A DNA stretch of 57,802 nucleotides, taken from Deltaproteobacteria bacterium. GTDB lineage: Bacteria; SAR324; NAC60-12. The notes under the pieces are model-generated. The model saw only the letters and a program-made list of their open reading frames with translations, made no database searches and had not been told where the DNA came from. Each line of letters starts with the position of its first letter. Position 1 is the stretch's first letter. The position numbers and the translations under genes were made by a program. Below are positions 38,539 to 47,525 of the stretch, piece after piece. The stretch spans positions 1-57,802 of the forward strand of contig JAYOTF010000009.1 of NCBI GenBank assembly GCA_038150265.1. The letters run 5' to 3'.

Positions 38539-38747
38539 CCAAAGCCACACTTTTTCTGCTGACCGCGCTGGCGGTTCTCCTTCCTCAGTCCGTTTGGGCC
38601 TGTGCCGTCTGCTTTTCGGGGGCAGGAGGATCGCTGAACGCGTACTACATTGCCACCGCGCTGATGATGTTCATCCCGATCTTCTTGATTGGTGGATTCG
38701 TCTACTGGCTGGTGCGGAAGTCCCGTCAGGCAGGCTCCGAGCTCTGA
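38535..38747 (+). CDS. small membrane protein with CxxC (ACAVCF)
   Basis: Signal-like N-terminus, CAVC, TM; ATGA-coupled to the upstream gene. Confidence 0.75.
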   Translation: MTKATLFLLTALAVLLPQSVWACAVCFSGAGGSLNAYYIATALMMFIPIFLIGGFVYWLVRKSRQAGSEL

Positions 38748-38751
38748 GCGG

Positions 38752-39606
38752 CTACTGAGTGATGATCTTGGTGCCGATGCCCTGATCGGTAAACAGCTCA
38801 GCCAGAACCGAATGCGGGTCTGTTCCGTTGATGATCTGAGCGGACTGGACCCCATTCCGGACACAGTACAGCAAGGCCTCAACCTTTGGGGCCATCCCTC
38901 CTCGAATGACTCCCTCTTCCATGAGCCGCTCCGTTTGATCAACGGTGAGTTCGGACTGCAGCTCGTTCTCCTTGAGGATGCCGTCCACATCCGTCATGAA
39001 GATGATGCGGAAGGCCTTGAGCGCAACGGCAATTCGAGACGCCACCGTGTCGGCGTTGATGTTGTAGGTCGTGCCATCCTTGCCCATGCCAATTGGGGAA
39101 ACCACCGGAAGGAAGCCTCGCCCGAGCAGAACCTCCAGCAGCTCCGGATTCGTCTGCACCACGTCCCCGACGTACCCAAGATCCTGACCTGAGGGAGTGA
39201 TCTTCTTCCGAGCATCAATGAGGTGCCCGTCCTTTCCACTCAGTCCAACCGCCTTGCCACCAAACGTGGTCAGGTTGGCGATGATCTCCTTGTTGATGTT
39301 TCCGGAAAGGACCATCTCAGCCACCCGGAGGTTGTCGGCACTGGTCACCCGCAGGCCATCCACAAACTCCACCTCCTGCCCCATCTGCTGCATCGCCCGA
39401 GAGACCTCAGGCCCTCCTCCATGCACCACCACCGGGCGCATGCCGAGGGACTGCAGCAGCACCACGTCCTGCGCAAAGCTCTTCTTGAGTTCAGGGTCAA
39501 TCATGGCAGCGCCACCGTATTTGATGACCACCACCTTTTGGTGGAACCGCTGGATGTAAGGAAGCGCCTCCAGGAGAAGCGCTTTCTTTTCGCTGATGGT
39601 TTGCAC
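38752..39606 (-). CDS. argB: acetylglutamate kinase
   Basis: LEALPYI, VIKYGG, VVHGGGP, YNINAD, GGMAPK; start placed at GTG 39606. Confidence 0.96.
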   Translation of the reverse strand: MQTISEKKALLLEALPYIQRFHQKVVVIKYGGAAMIDPELKKSFAQDVVLLQSLGMRPVVVHGGGPEVSRAMQQMGQEVEFVDGLRVTSADNLRVAEMVLSGNINKEIIANLTTFGGKAVGLSGKDGHLIDARKKITPSGQDLGYVGDVVQTNPELLEVLLGRGFLPVVSPIGMGKDGTTYNINADTVASRIAVALKAFRIIFMTDVDGILKENELQSELTVDQTERLMEEGVIRGGMAPKVEALLYCVRNGVQSAQIINGTDPHSVLAELFTDQGIGTKIITQ

Positions 39607-39616
39607 GAGGGAACTC

Positions 39617-41506
39617 TTAGGATTCGTCGCGGGAGGGAACAATCAGTTTCTGATTGGGAAGCAGCGGTCGCCCGGCCTTGAGGTCGTTCAGAGCCACCAG
39701 GTTCTGGACAGAGGTGCGGTACTTGCGGGCCAGTTGCCAGAGGGTGTCTCCGCGTTGAACCCGAATCGTGATGTGTCCGGGAGTGGCCGCTGGACGTCCG
39801 AGCCGCCGCTCACCAACGATGAGGCTCTGGCCCGCCTTCAACTGGCGGGGGTGGTCCAGGTTGTTCCAGGCCAGCAACTGCGACACGCTGACCTTGTAAC
39901 GGATGGCCAACTCGGAAAGCGTGGAGTTGCGGGGCACCCGGATGCTCTGGTAACCGTCTGCCGGACGAGCGTAGGTGGCTGGAACCAGGGACTGCGCCAC
40001 AATGAGGCTCTGACCCGCCTTGAGGTCTCGGGCGCTGGAGAAGCCGTTCCACTCCATCAACCGGGAAACGGAAGTCTTGTAGCGCTGAGCGAGTCCGGAA
40101 AGGGTGGAGCCCCGGGGCACCCGGATCTTGCGAGTCCGGACGACGTGCTGGCCCACAACGAGCTTCTGGCCAGCCCGGATCTGATCTCCAGGCTCCAGCT
40201 GGTTCAGCTCCCGCAGCTTGGAGGGGCTGATGTTGTACCGTCGGCCCAGGTCCTCAAGGGTGACTCCAGCCGGAACCTTGACCTCAAGAGGGGACTTCGA
40301 AGCGACCAGGCGTGAAGCCGGCTTGGACGAGCTCTTTCCGGTCTGCTCCATTTTGGCGACTTCCCGGACCACATCCCACGTGGGAATGTAGAGCTTGAGG
40401 CGCTGGTTGATGCGGAGCATGGAGTTGGTCCGGAGGCCATTCCAGCTGGCCAGGCGCTGGACCGTGGTGTTGTGCTTGCGCGCAAGGTCCCACAGGTTGT
40501 CGCCGGAGCGGACCCGGATGTAGTTGACCGCACCATGCTTTTGCAGCAACCGCGTCACGGCGCTGGAGTTCCCGAGGTGGTTGGAGTAGGCGGCAATCCA
40601 GTCCAGAGAAGGCTCTGGATCCTGGCGCAGGGACTCCAGCAGCTTCTCGTGGTGGAGCTTGGGGAGGTAAACCGTGTACTTGTCATCGGTCAGCGGAGGC
40701 GTGCTCCGGAAGTACTTGGCATTGATGAGCTTGAAGTCGTCAAACGGCATGCCCACTCGCGTTGCCACCTCTTCAAGGGAGTAGCTCACCGGAAGCGCCA
40801 CCTGTGCCTCATCCATGGGCGGATCGAGTTTGATCCAGCTCAATCCGTGAGCACTCGGATTCCGGTGGATCATGGCCAGTGCCATGATCGAGGGCACGTA
40901 ACCTCGGGTCTCCCGAGGCAGGGGCAGGGAGCGGTAATCGGTTTTGCGGTTGCGGGCCTTGTTGTAACGGATGGCGCGCTCAACTCGGTTTTCACCGGCG
41001 TTGTAGCCCGCCATGGCCAGTTCCCAGTCCTCAAACCGCACGTAGAGGTCCGAAAGGTAGGAAATTGCTGCCCGGGTGGACTTGATCGGGTCCCGGCGTT
41101 CATCGACCCAGCTGTCGATTCGCAGGCCGTGCCGTCGTCCGGTAGGGGCAATGAACTGCCACAGGCCCACGGCATTCATGTGGGAACGGGCATTGAGGTT
41201 GAAGTTACTCTCGGCAGCCACCATGTAGGCCAGGTCCAGCGGCAATCCGGCATCGCGCAGCTCCCTCCGGATCATCGGCAGGTACCGTCCGGAGCGCTGA
41301 ATGCCCTTGGCAATCTGGTCCCGCTTCTTGGTGGTGTAGAGCTTGATCAGGCTGGCGGCACGCTTGTCCACATGGATGGGGAATTCCTTGACCACCAGAT
41401 CCGGTGGCAGGTGCGGACGCTCTTCCGCAAAAACGGTGTGCGCCAGTAACAGGCATCCGGCCAGCAACCCAGAGGTCCAGCGGGAAGAAGTCAGAAAAGT
41501 GGTCAT
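39617..41506 (-). CDS. MltD-like lytic transglycosylase with five LysM domains
   Basis: AESNF, AVGLWQFI, YNAGE, ETRGYVP; five LysM repeats. Confidence 0.92.
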   Translation of the reverse strand: MTTFLTSSRWTSGLLAGCLLLAHTVFAEERPHLPPDLVVKEFPIHVDKRAASLIKLYTTKKRDQIAKGIQRSGRYLPMIRRELRDAGLPLDLAYMVAAESNFNLNARSHMNAVGLWQFIAPTGRRHGLRIDSWVDERRDPIKSTRAAISYLSDLYVRFEDWELAMAGYNAGENRVERAIRYNKARNRKTDYRSLPLPRETRGYVPSIMALAMIHRNPSAHGLSWIKLDPPMDEAQVALPVSYSLEEVATRVGMPFDDFKLINAKYFRSTPPLTDDKYTVYLPKLHHEKLLESLRQDPEPSLDWIAAYSNHLGNSSAVTRLLQKHGAVNYIRVRSGDNLWDLARKHNTTVQRLASWNGLRTNSMLRINQRLKLYIPTWDVVREVAKMEQTGKSSSKPASRLVASKSPLEVKVPAGVTLEDLGRRYNISPSKLRELNQLEPGDQIRAGQKLVVGQHVVRTRKIRVPRGSTLSGLAQRYKTSVSRLMEWNGFSSARDLKAGQSLIVAQSLVPATYARPADGYQSIRVPRNSTLSELAIRYKVSVSQLLAWNNLDHPRQLKAGQSLIVGERRLGRPAATPGHITIRVQRGDTLWQLARKYRTSVQNLVALNDLKAGRPLLPNQKLIVPSRDES

Positions 41507-41624
41507 GGACGAGGCAAAGGCGTAAGGGGTTCAGATGCCGAAGATGACCGGCATCGTTGTTTTTCTCAGCACAGATGTGCAAATTGCGTGCGTACCTGAG
41601 TGAATCACTGTGTGAAAAAAGGGG

Positions 41625-41652
41625 TTGACTCTCAATCTGGATTGAGTAACAT
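41625..41652 (+). promoter_or_regulatory. sigma70-like promoter of tRNA-Gly
   Basis: TTGACT-N16-TAACAT, 14 nt upstream of the tRNA. Confidence 0.6.
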
Positions 41653-41666
41653 AGGATTTTCCTCAA

Positions 41667-41742
41667 GCGAGAATAGCTCAGCTGGTAGAGCGCAACCTTG
41701 CCAAGGTTGAGGTCGCGGGTTCGAACCCCGTTTCTCGCTCCA
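41667..41742 (+). tRNA. tRNA-Gly (GCC)
   Basis: GCGAGAA/TTCTCGC acceptor stem, D-arm TAGCTCAGCTGGTAGAGC, anticodon loop TTGCCAA, GTTCGAA, encoded CCA. Confidence 0.98.
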
Positions 41743-41862
41743 GTCCTCCCTGCTTCACCGTACCCCCGAAAATTCCACGAGCAAGCAGCAACGGTTAATA
41801 GACCATTGTCAGAAGTTCATGGTGAAGTGTCCAGCCGTTTTGGGAATCCCTGCTCGGTGCCG

Positions 41863-42993
41863 ATGAGTTGGTTCCAGAAAAAAACGAGGTGGCCGGCTTC
41901 CTGGGAGTGGCGCACCCCTCGGTTTTTGTTGCTGCTGCTCAGCAGCACGTGGCTGCTTGCAGGCTGTTCTCAGGTCGGTTTTTACTGGCAGGCCGCGTCC
42001 GGACACCTGAAGCTGTTGCAGGAAAAGCAGTCGATTGAACGGCTGCTGGCTGATCCAGAGACCCCTCCGGAACTGAAGCATCGCCTGCAGCTGGTGCAAG
42101 CGGTCCGGACCTTTGCCATTGAAGAGCTGAAGCTTCCGGAGCGCGCAGGGTACACGGGCTACGTGAAGCTCAATCGCCCCTATGCGACCGTTGTGGTCAC
42201 GGCTGCCCAGCCCCTTGAACTGAAGGCGTACCGCTGGTGCTACCTGCTCATTGGCTGCCAGGAATACCGGGGCTACTTCGACGAGGGCGAGGCGCAGGCG
42301 TATGCAAAGCAGCTTGAGCAAACCGAGTCCCTTGATGTTGCCGTGGGGTATGCCACGGCGTACTCCACCCTCGGCTGGCTGAATGGCCCCCTCATTCCCG
42401 ACTTCTTTTCCGATCCCATCCTCAGCACCTTCCTGGAGCAACGGACCGAAGTGGTCATTGCAACACTCATCCACGAAATGGCACACCAGGTCCTCTACGT
42501 CAAGGGCGACACCTCCTTCAATGAGTCCTTTGCCGTCTTTGTGGAGCAAGAAGGCGTCCGGCGCTTCCTGGCCTCGCAGACCGAGCGGGACCGCCGCGTT
42601 TGGGAACGCTACCAGCAGGCCAACCGGGAGCGGGCTCGCTTTCGGGAATTGATCCGGCAGGCAACGGCCCAATTGCAGGAGGTGTATCAGCAGGCGCTTC
42701 CGGATGAGGAAAAACGTCAGCGGAAGCAGGCGGTGCTGCTGCAACTCAAGGCCGCCTATGCGGCGGAGCGAGACTCGTTTGAGGTGCTTTCGTACGACCG
42801 CTGGTTTGCTCAGGACCTCAATCACGCCCATTTGCTGGGAGTGGCGCGTTACCACAACCGTGTGGCGGCCTTTGAGCGCCTGTTTGCCGATTCCGGAGCC
42901 GACTGGAACAGTTTTTATGAAAAGGTCCGCGAGCTGGGCGCCCTCTCGGCTGCTGACCGTGCCAAACGATTGGAGGAACCCGATGCTTCTTGA
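41863..42993 (+). CDS. putative zinc aminopeptidase lipoprotein (DUF2265-type)
   Basis: Lipobox LAGC, YRGYF, AYSTLGW, HEMAH...FNESFA. Confidence 0.88.
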   Translation: MSWFQKKTRWPASWEWRTPRFLLLLLSSTWLLAGCSQVGFYWQAASGHLKLLQEKQSIERLLADPETPPELKHRLQLVQAVRTFAIEELKLPERAGYTGYVKLNRPYATVVVTAAQPLELKAYRWCYLLIGCQEYRGYFDEGEAQAYAKQLEQTESLDVAVGYATAYSTLGWLNGPLIPDFFSDPILSTFLEQRTEVVIATLIHEMAHQVLYVKGDTSFNESFAVFVEQEGVRRFLASQTERDRRVWERYQQANRERARFRELIRQATAQLQEVYQQALPDEEKRQRKQAVLLQLKAAYAAERDSFEVLSYDRWFAQDLNHAHLLGVARYHNRVAAFERLFADSGADWNSFYEKVRELGALSAADRAKRLEEPDAS

Positions 42994-43561
42994 CCGTGCT
43001 CGCCTGAAAGGGGTACTGCTCGACCGTGACGGAGTGCTCAATGAAGAACCCGGCCCGCCGCTGACCCCTGAAGAGTTCCGCTGGATTCCCGGAAGCGCCG
43101 AGGCGGTGGCGCAGCTCAATGCGTCCGGACTGTGGGTCGCGGTAGTGACCAATCAGGCGGCAATGGCCCGTGGGAAGCTCCGTCCGGAAGGATTGCAGGC
43201 CATCACGGACCAGATGACCCACGACCTTGCTGCCGTGCAGGGGCATGTGGATGGCTTCTACTTCTGTCCACACCATCCGGACTGGCAGGAGGGCGTCCGG
43301 AGGGTGCCCCCGCACCCCTGCACGTGTCGTAAGCCAGAGCCCGGGTTGCTGGAGCAGGCGTCCCAGGCTGCGGGGCTGCCTCCGGAAGCGTGGGTGCTGA
43401 TTGGAGACAAGACCTCTGACCTGGAAGCGGCCCGCCGCTTCGGGTGCCCCTCCATTGGGGTCCGGACCGGACACGCGGGGCAAGATCAGGCGTTTGCGCT
43501 CGAGCCCGTGTTTTGGGCCGACGACCTGGCAGGCGCTGTCCAGTACCTTCTCCACGAGTAA
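42983..43561 (+). CDS. gmhB: D,D-heptose 1,7-bisphosphate phosphatase (HAD IIIA)
   Basis: LDRDGVLN, VTNQ, CPHHP, CRKPEPG, IGDK; GGAGG RBS. Confidence 0.88.
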   Translation: MLLDRARLKGVLLDRDGVLNEEPGPPLTPEEFRWIPGSAEAVAQLNASGLWVAVVTNQAAMARGKLRPEGLQAITDQMTHDLAAVQGHVDGFYFCPHHPDWQEGVRRVPPHPCTCRKPEPGLLEQASQAAGLPPEAWVLIGDKTSDLEAARRFGCPSIGVRTGHAGQDQAFALEPVFWADDLAGAVQYLLHE

Positions 43562-43567
43562 AGGAGC

Positions 43568-44590
43568 ATGTTCCACAACATCCTGATCATCCGTTTCAGT
43601 TCGCTCGGGGACCTGGTGCTGACAACGCCCGTGTACCGCGAGCTGCGTCGCTGCTTTCCAGACGCCCGCCTCACGCTGCTCACCAGTGTTGGCTTTGGCG
43701 AGGTGCTGGCGAACAACCCCCACCTGGATGAAATCCACTTTCACCCACGCAAGGAGACGCCTGAAGACCGAGAAGCGCTGCTGAACTGGCTCCAGCAGCA
43801 CAAGTTCGACCTCCTCTACGACCTTCATGCCTCGCTCCGAAGCCGTTGGGTTTCGCTCAGGCTCCAGGCCTCTGGGCAGTCACCCGTGGTGTGGCGGATC
43901 AACAAGCGCACCCTCCGGCGAACGCTGCTGATTCGGTTGCAACTGAACCTCCTGCAGGGGGGGCGGTCGCAGCGGGAACAGTGGCTGCTGCCGCTAAGCC
44001 GACATCAGGGCCAGGAACTGGACGCGCACACCGAGCTCTTCCCAACGGAAGCAGACCGCACCCGGGTGGCCGAGCTCCTGGCGCAGCACCACCTGACCCC
44101 GAAGCAGTTTGTCGCCGTTGGCCCGGGAGCGTCTTATGAGCTGAAGCGCTGGCCGCTGGAATTCTATGAGCAGGTGATCCGGAACTGGACAGAAGTCGGG
44201 TGGCAGGTGGTGCTGGTGGGAGGTCCCGGAGAGCTGGAGCCCGATCAGCTGCAGCGTCGGATTGGCGCCGGTGTCATCAACCTTGCCGGGCAACTGAGCC
44301 TGCTGGAGTCGGCGGCACTGCTGGAGCAGGCGCAGTGGGTGCTGTGCAACGACACCTCCATTGCTCACCTCGCAGAAGCCATGGGCACGCCGGTCCACGT
44401 CATCTTTGGGCCGACGGTCCGGGAATTTGGGTACGCGCCGTTCCTTCCGGACAGTCAGGTGCTGGAAACGGAGGTTCCGCTGCTGTGCCGTCCGTGTTCT
44501 CGAGACGGCCGCGGCACGTGTTCCCACCCGCAGTTCCTCCGCTGCCTGACCAGCTTGCCTCCGGAGGCGGTGCCGGCGTTGCGGGCCTAG
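43568..44590 (+). CDS. GT9 LPS heptosyltransferase
   Basis: IRFSSLGDLVL, KRWP, NDTSIAHLA, IFGPT. Confidence 0.9.
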   Translation: MFHNILIIRFSSLGDLVLTTPVYRELRRCFPDARLTLLTSVGFGEVLANNPHLDEIHFHPRKETPEDREALLNWLQQHKFDLLYDLHASLRSRWVSLRLQASGQSPVVWRINKRTLRRTLLIRLQLNLLQGGRSQREQWLLPLSRHQGQELDAHTELFPTEADRTRVAELLAQHHLTPKQFVAVGPGASYELKRWPLEFYEQVIRNWTEVGWQVVLVGGPGELEPDQLQRRIGAGVINLAGQLSLLESAALLEQAQWVLCNDTSIAHLAEAMGTPVHVIFGPTVREFGYAPFLPDSQVLETEVPLLCRPCSRDGRGTCSHPQFLRCLTSLPPEAVPALRA

Positions 44591-45168
44591 TGGTGCCCGG
44601 AGCGGTTCCGGATGAAGGGGAGCCAGCGGATCTTGCGAGAGTCGAGGACCAGGTGCGTGTAGTGCCCCAAGACGCAGGCAAAGACGTACATCCAGAAGTG
44701 GTTCAGGAACAGCCACACCTTTTGCCAGGAAAACTCGGTCAGCCAGGCTTCCTGAATCCGGAAGTACTCAAAGATGACCGCAAAGAAAACCGCCATGAGC
44801 CACGGGGTGAGCTTCCAGTGCGTCCAGCCTCGGTGCTTGTGCATCACCGGAAGCAGTGACGCAAAGGCGCAGATGGCAAACAGCTCGATCTTCTGATTGA
44901 AGAAGAGCACCGCCATGCAGACGAACATGGTCCGGAAGAACCACTTCTGCGGCACCGAGGTGGTGTCGAGGTCTGGAAACAGCGCCATGAAGACGGTGGT
45001 CAGGAAGAGTCCCACCAGCGTCTGGACCTCTCCTTCCCAGTGCAGGGGCGCGGCCAGAAAGCGCTGCAGGGAGTCGGGCTGAAGGGTGACGTACTGCGTG
45101 GAGATGGCAACTGCCACCGTGACGGTTCCGGCTGCGAGGCCGCCGTTGAGGTGTCCGCGAAAGTTCAT
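44587..45168 (-). CDS. YdjM-like membrane metal-dependent hydrolase
   Basis: FRGH, FPDLD, HRGWTH, HLVLD. Confidence 0.85.
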   Translation of the reverse strand: MNFRGHLNGGLAAGTVTVAVAISTQYVTLQPDSLQRFLAAPLHWEGEVQTLVGLFLTTVFMALFPDLDTTSVPQKWFFRTMFVCMAVLFFNQKIELFAICAFASLLPVMHKHRGWTHWKLTPWLMAVFFAVIFEYFRIQEAWLTEFSWQKVWLFLNHFWMYVFACVLGHYTHLVLDSRKIRWLPFIRNRSGHH

Positions 45169-45379
45169 GATCGTTCAAGCGTGAGTCATCAAGTTAAGAA
45201 CACTTTTCCCTGAGGATGCTGAAACCTCAGCAACTCCTGTGCCCCCATGGCGGGAAAGGCGCCTGAAGGCTCCGGACGAAAATGCTTACGCCTTCAGCAG
45301 CAGCCTGCTAAGGTGACGCCTTGGTACCTGCCTGCCGAAGGCCCCGTTGACTTGAAGGAACTGTTCTCGGAGAAAAAAC

Positions 45380-46780
45380 ATGGCCCTGCCCCAATCCACT
45401 TCCCTGACGCATCTGGACGCCTGCCTGCAGGAGCTGCAAGACCTGCTGGGAGAGCGACTGTCCACCGCTGAGTCCGTTCGTGAGCAGCACGGGCGCGACG
45501 AGTCCTTTCACCACCCCATGCCTCCGGACGCGGTGGCTTTTGCACAAACGAACGAAGAGGTCGCTGACATCGTCCGCATCTGCGTCCGGCACCAGTGTCC
45601 GATCATTCCGTTTGGCACCGGAACCTCTCTCGAGGGCCACATTGCGGCGGTTCGCGGAGGCATCTGCCTGGACCTCTCGCTGATGAATCAGGTGCTGGAG
45701 GTCAACACCGACGACCTCGACTGCCGGGTGCAGGCCGGGGTCACCCGCAAGCAGCTCAACCAGCACCTTCGCCAGACCGGCCTGTTCTTCCCAATTGACC
45801 CCGGCGCCGATGCCTCCATTGGCGGAATGGCGGCCACCCGGGCTTCGGGAACCAACGCCGTCCGCTATGGCACCATGCGCGAAAATGTCCTGGGGTTGAC
45901 GATTGTGAATGCCGAAGGCCGGATCCTGAAAACCGGAACCCGCTCCCGGAAGTCCTCCTCCGGCTATGACCTGACCCGGCTGATGGTTGGCTCGGAAGGA
46001 ACCCTGGGGATCATCACGGAGGTGCAGGTGCGTCTGCATGGCATCCCGGAGGCCATCTCGGCAGCCGTCTGCTCGTTTGAGACCCTCGCCGGCGCCGTCA
46101 ATACCGTCATCCCGGTGATCCAGATGGGCATCCCCGTGGCACGGATTGAGCTGCTGGACGAGGTGCAGATGCGGGCGCTCAATCAGTTTTCACAGCTCGA
46201 TTACCCGGAGCAACCGACCCTGTTCTTCGAGTTTCATGGCACCGAACGCTGGGTGGCCGAGCAGGCCGAAATCGTGGGCGAGGTGGCGGCTGAAAATGGC
46301 GGAGGAGACTTCCGTTGGGCCTCGCAGGAGCAGGACCGTCAGAAGCTCTGGGAAGCCCGCCACAATGCCCTTTACGCCAGCCTGGCCCTCAAGCCGGGGT
46401 CGAAGGGCTGGCCAACCGATGTCTGTGTACCGATTTCTCGCCTGGCGGAGTGCATCCTGGAAACCCGCCGAGACATCGACGAAGCGGGGCTGATGGTCCC
46501 GATTGTCGGACACGTCGGAGACGGAAACTTTCACCTGCTCTTTTTGGTGGACCCTGAGCAGGAAGCCGAGGACCTGGCGCAGTTTCAGGTGCTCAACGAC
46601 CGGCTCATCGAGCGGGCCTTGCGCATGGGCGGCACCTGCACCGGCGAGCACGGCATCGGGTCTGGCAAGATCCGCTACATGAACGCCGAGCACGGCGAGT
46701 CCATTGAACTCATGCGGCAGATCAAGCAGGCGCTCGATCCCCAGAACCTGCTGAACCCGGGGAAGTTGCTTCCGGCGTGA
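45380..46780 (+). CDS. FAD-linked oxidase (D-lactate dehydrogenase-like)
   Basis: GTGTSLEG, PIDPG, GSEGTLG, GHVGDGNFH, GEHGIG. Confidence 0.92.
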   Translation: MALPQSTSLTHLDACLQELQDLLGERLSTAESVREQHGRDESFHHPMPPDAVAFAQTNEEVADIVRICVRHQCPIIPFGTGTSLEGHIAAVRGGICLDLSLMNQVLEVNTDDLDCRVQAGVTRKQLNQHLRQTGLFFPIDPGADASIGGMAATRASGTNAVRYGTMRENVLGLTIVNAEGRILKTGTRSRKSSSGYDLTRLMVGSEGTLGIITEVQVRLHGIPEAISAAVCSFETLAGAVNTVIPVIQMGIPVARIELLDEVQMRALNQFSQLDYPEQPTLFFEFHGTERWVAEQAEIVGEVAAENGGGDFRWASQEQDRQKLWEARHNALYASLALKPGSKGWPTDVCVPISRLAECILETRRDIDEAGLMVPIVGHVGDGNFHLLFLVDPEQEAEDLAQFQVLNDRLIERALRMGGTCTGEHGIGSGKIRYMNAEHGESIELMRQIKQALDPQNLLNPGKLLPA

Positions 46781-46847
46781 GCGGACGCCAATCTTCTGCT
46801 ATCCTGAAGGGTCCCGCGATTGTTCCTTACGAGTGAAGAAAGACACG

Positions 46848-47456
46848 ATGCCCGATTTATTTTCTGAGAAAGCCCAGGACTGGGACGCGCAAACTCCGGT
46901 CCAGAAGATTTCCAGCGCCGTGGGCGCGACCCTGAAGCAGCAGGTGGCCCTGCATCCGGAGATGGAGGTGATGGACTTTGGGGCCGGAACCGGACTCATC
47001 AGCTCGCACGTGGCCCCTCAGGTGGCGCAAATTGTCGCGGTTGATGTTTCAGCGGCGATGCTGGAGAAGCTTCAGGAAAAACCGGAGCTGCAGGGCAAGG
47101 TGGAGGCCGTTTGCCAGAACATCCTCGATCAGCCCCTCAAGCGGTCCTTTGACCTCATCATGAGCGCCATGGCCCTGCACCATGTGGAAGACACCGCCCA
47201 GCTCTTTCGGTGCTTTGCCGATCACCTCAAGCCCGGAGGACAGGTGGCCCTCGCCGACCTGGACACCGAAGACGGCACCTTCCACCAGCAGGGAAACGAC
47301 GGTGTCTTTCACTTTGGATTTGACCGCGACCACCTGCAGAAGCTGCTGACTGCCAGCGGTTTCACCGAGGTGACCTTCCAGACTCCGCACGTGGTCAAGC
47401 GTGAAGACAGCGACCGCGAGTACCCGCTGTTCTTTGTCACGGCCACCCGCTCCTGA
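46848..47456 (+). CDS. class I SAM-dependent methyltransferase
   Basis: MDFGAGTG, VDVS, SAMALHH, DLDTEDGTFH. Confidence 0.9.
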   Translation: MPDLFSEKAQDWDAQTPVQKISSAVGATLKQQVALHPEMEVMDFGAGTGLISSHVAPQVAQIVAVDVSAAMLEKLQEKPELQGKVEAVCQNILDQPLKRSFDLIMSAMALHHVEDTAQLFRCFADHLKPGGQVALADLDTEDGTFHQQGNDGVFHFGFDRDHLQKLLTASGFTEVTFQTPHVVKREDSDREYPLFFVTATRS

Positions 47457-47465
47457 CCCTGCCTT

Positions 47466-47486
47466 GCGGGAGGAACGCCCTCCCGC
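47466..47486. terminator. stem-loop between convergent genes
   Basis: gcgggagg-aacgc-cctcccgc. Confidence 0.5.
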
Positions 47487-47525
47487 TTCCTTGCCTCCTG
47501 GGCCCCTCCTTCCAGGTTCCGGAAC

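Noticed and set aside
39617..40520. Repeated sequence in the mltD-like gene
   Set aside because: Ordinary LysM domain repeats
41698..41862. N-terminal extension of the aminopeptidase ORF
   Set aside because: Overlaps tRNA-Gly; real start is probably ATG 41863
41667..41862. tRNA-Gly as an island integration site
   Set aside because: No integrase, no duplicated tRNA 3' end seen, and the flanks are housekeeping genes
45169..45379. Hairpins in the leader of the FAD oxidase (ctgagg/cctcag; ctgaaggc/gccttcag) as a riboswitch
   Set aside because: No recognisable glycine, TPP, FMN or c-di-GMP consensus; needs an Rfam scan
46848..47456. Methyltransferase as the TCCGGA DNA methylase
   Set aside because: Small-molecule class I type; lacks DPPY/NPPY or PC catalytic motifs
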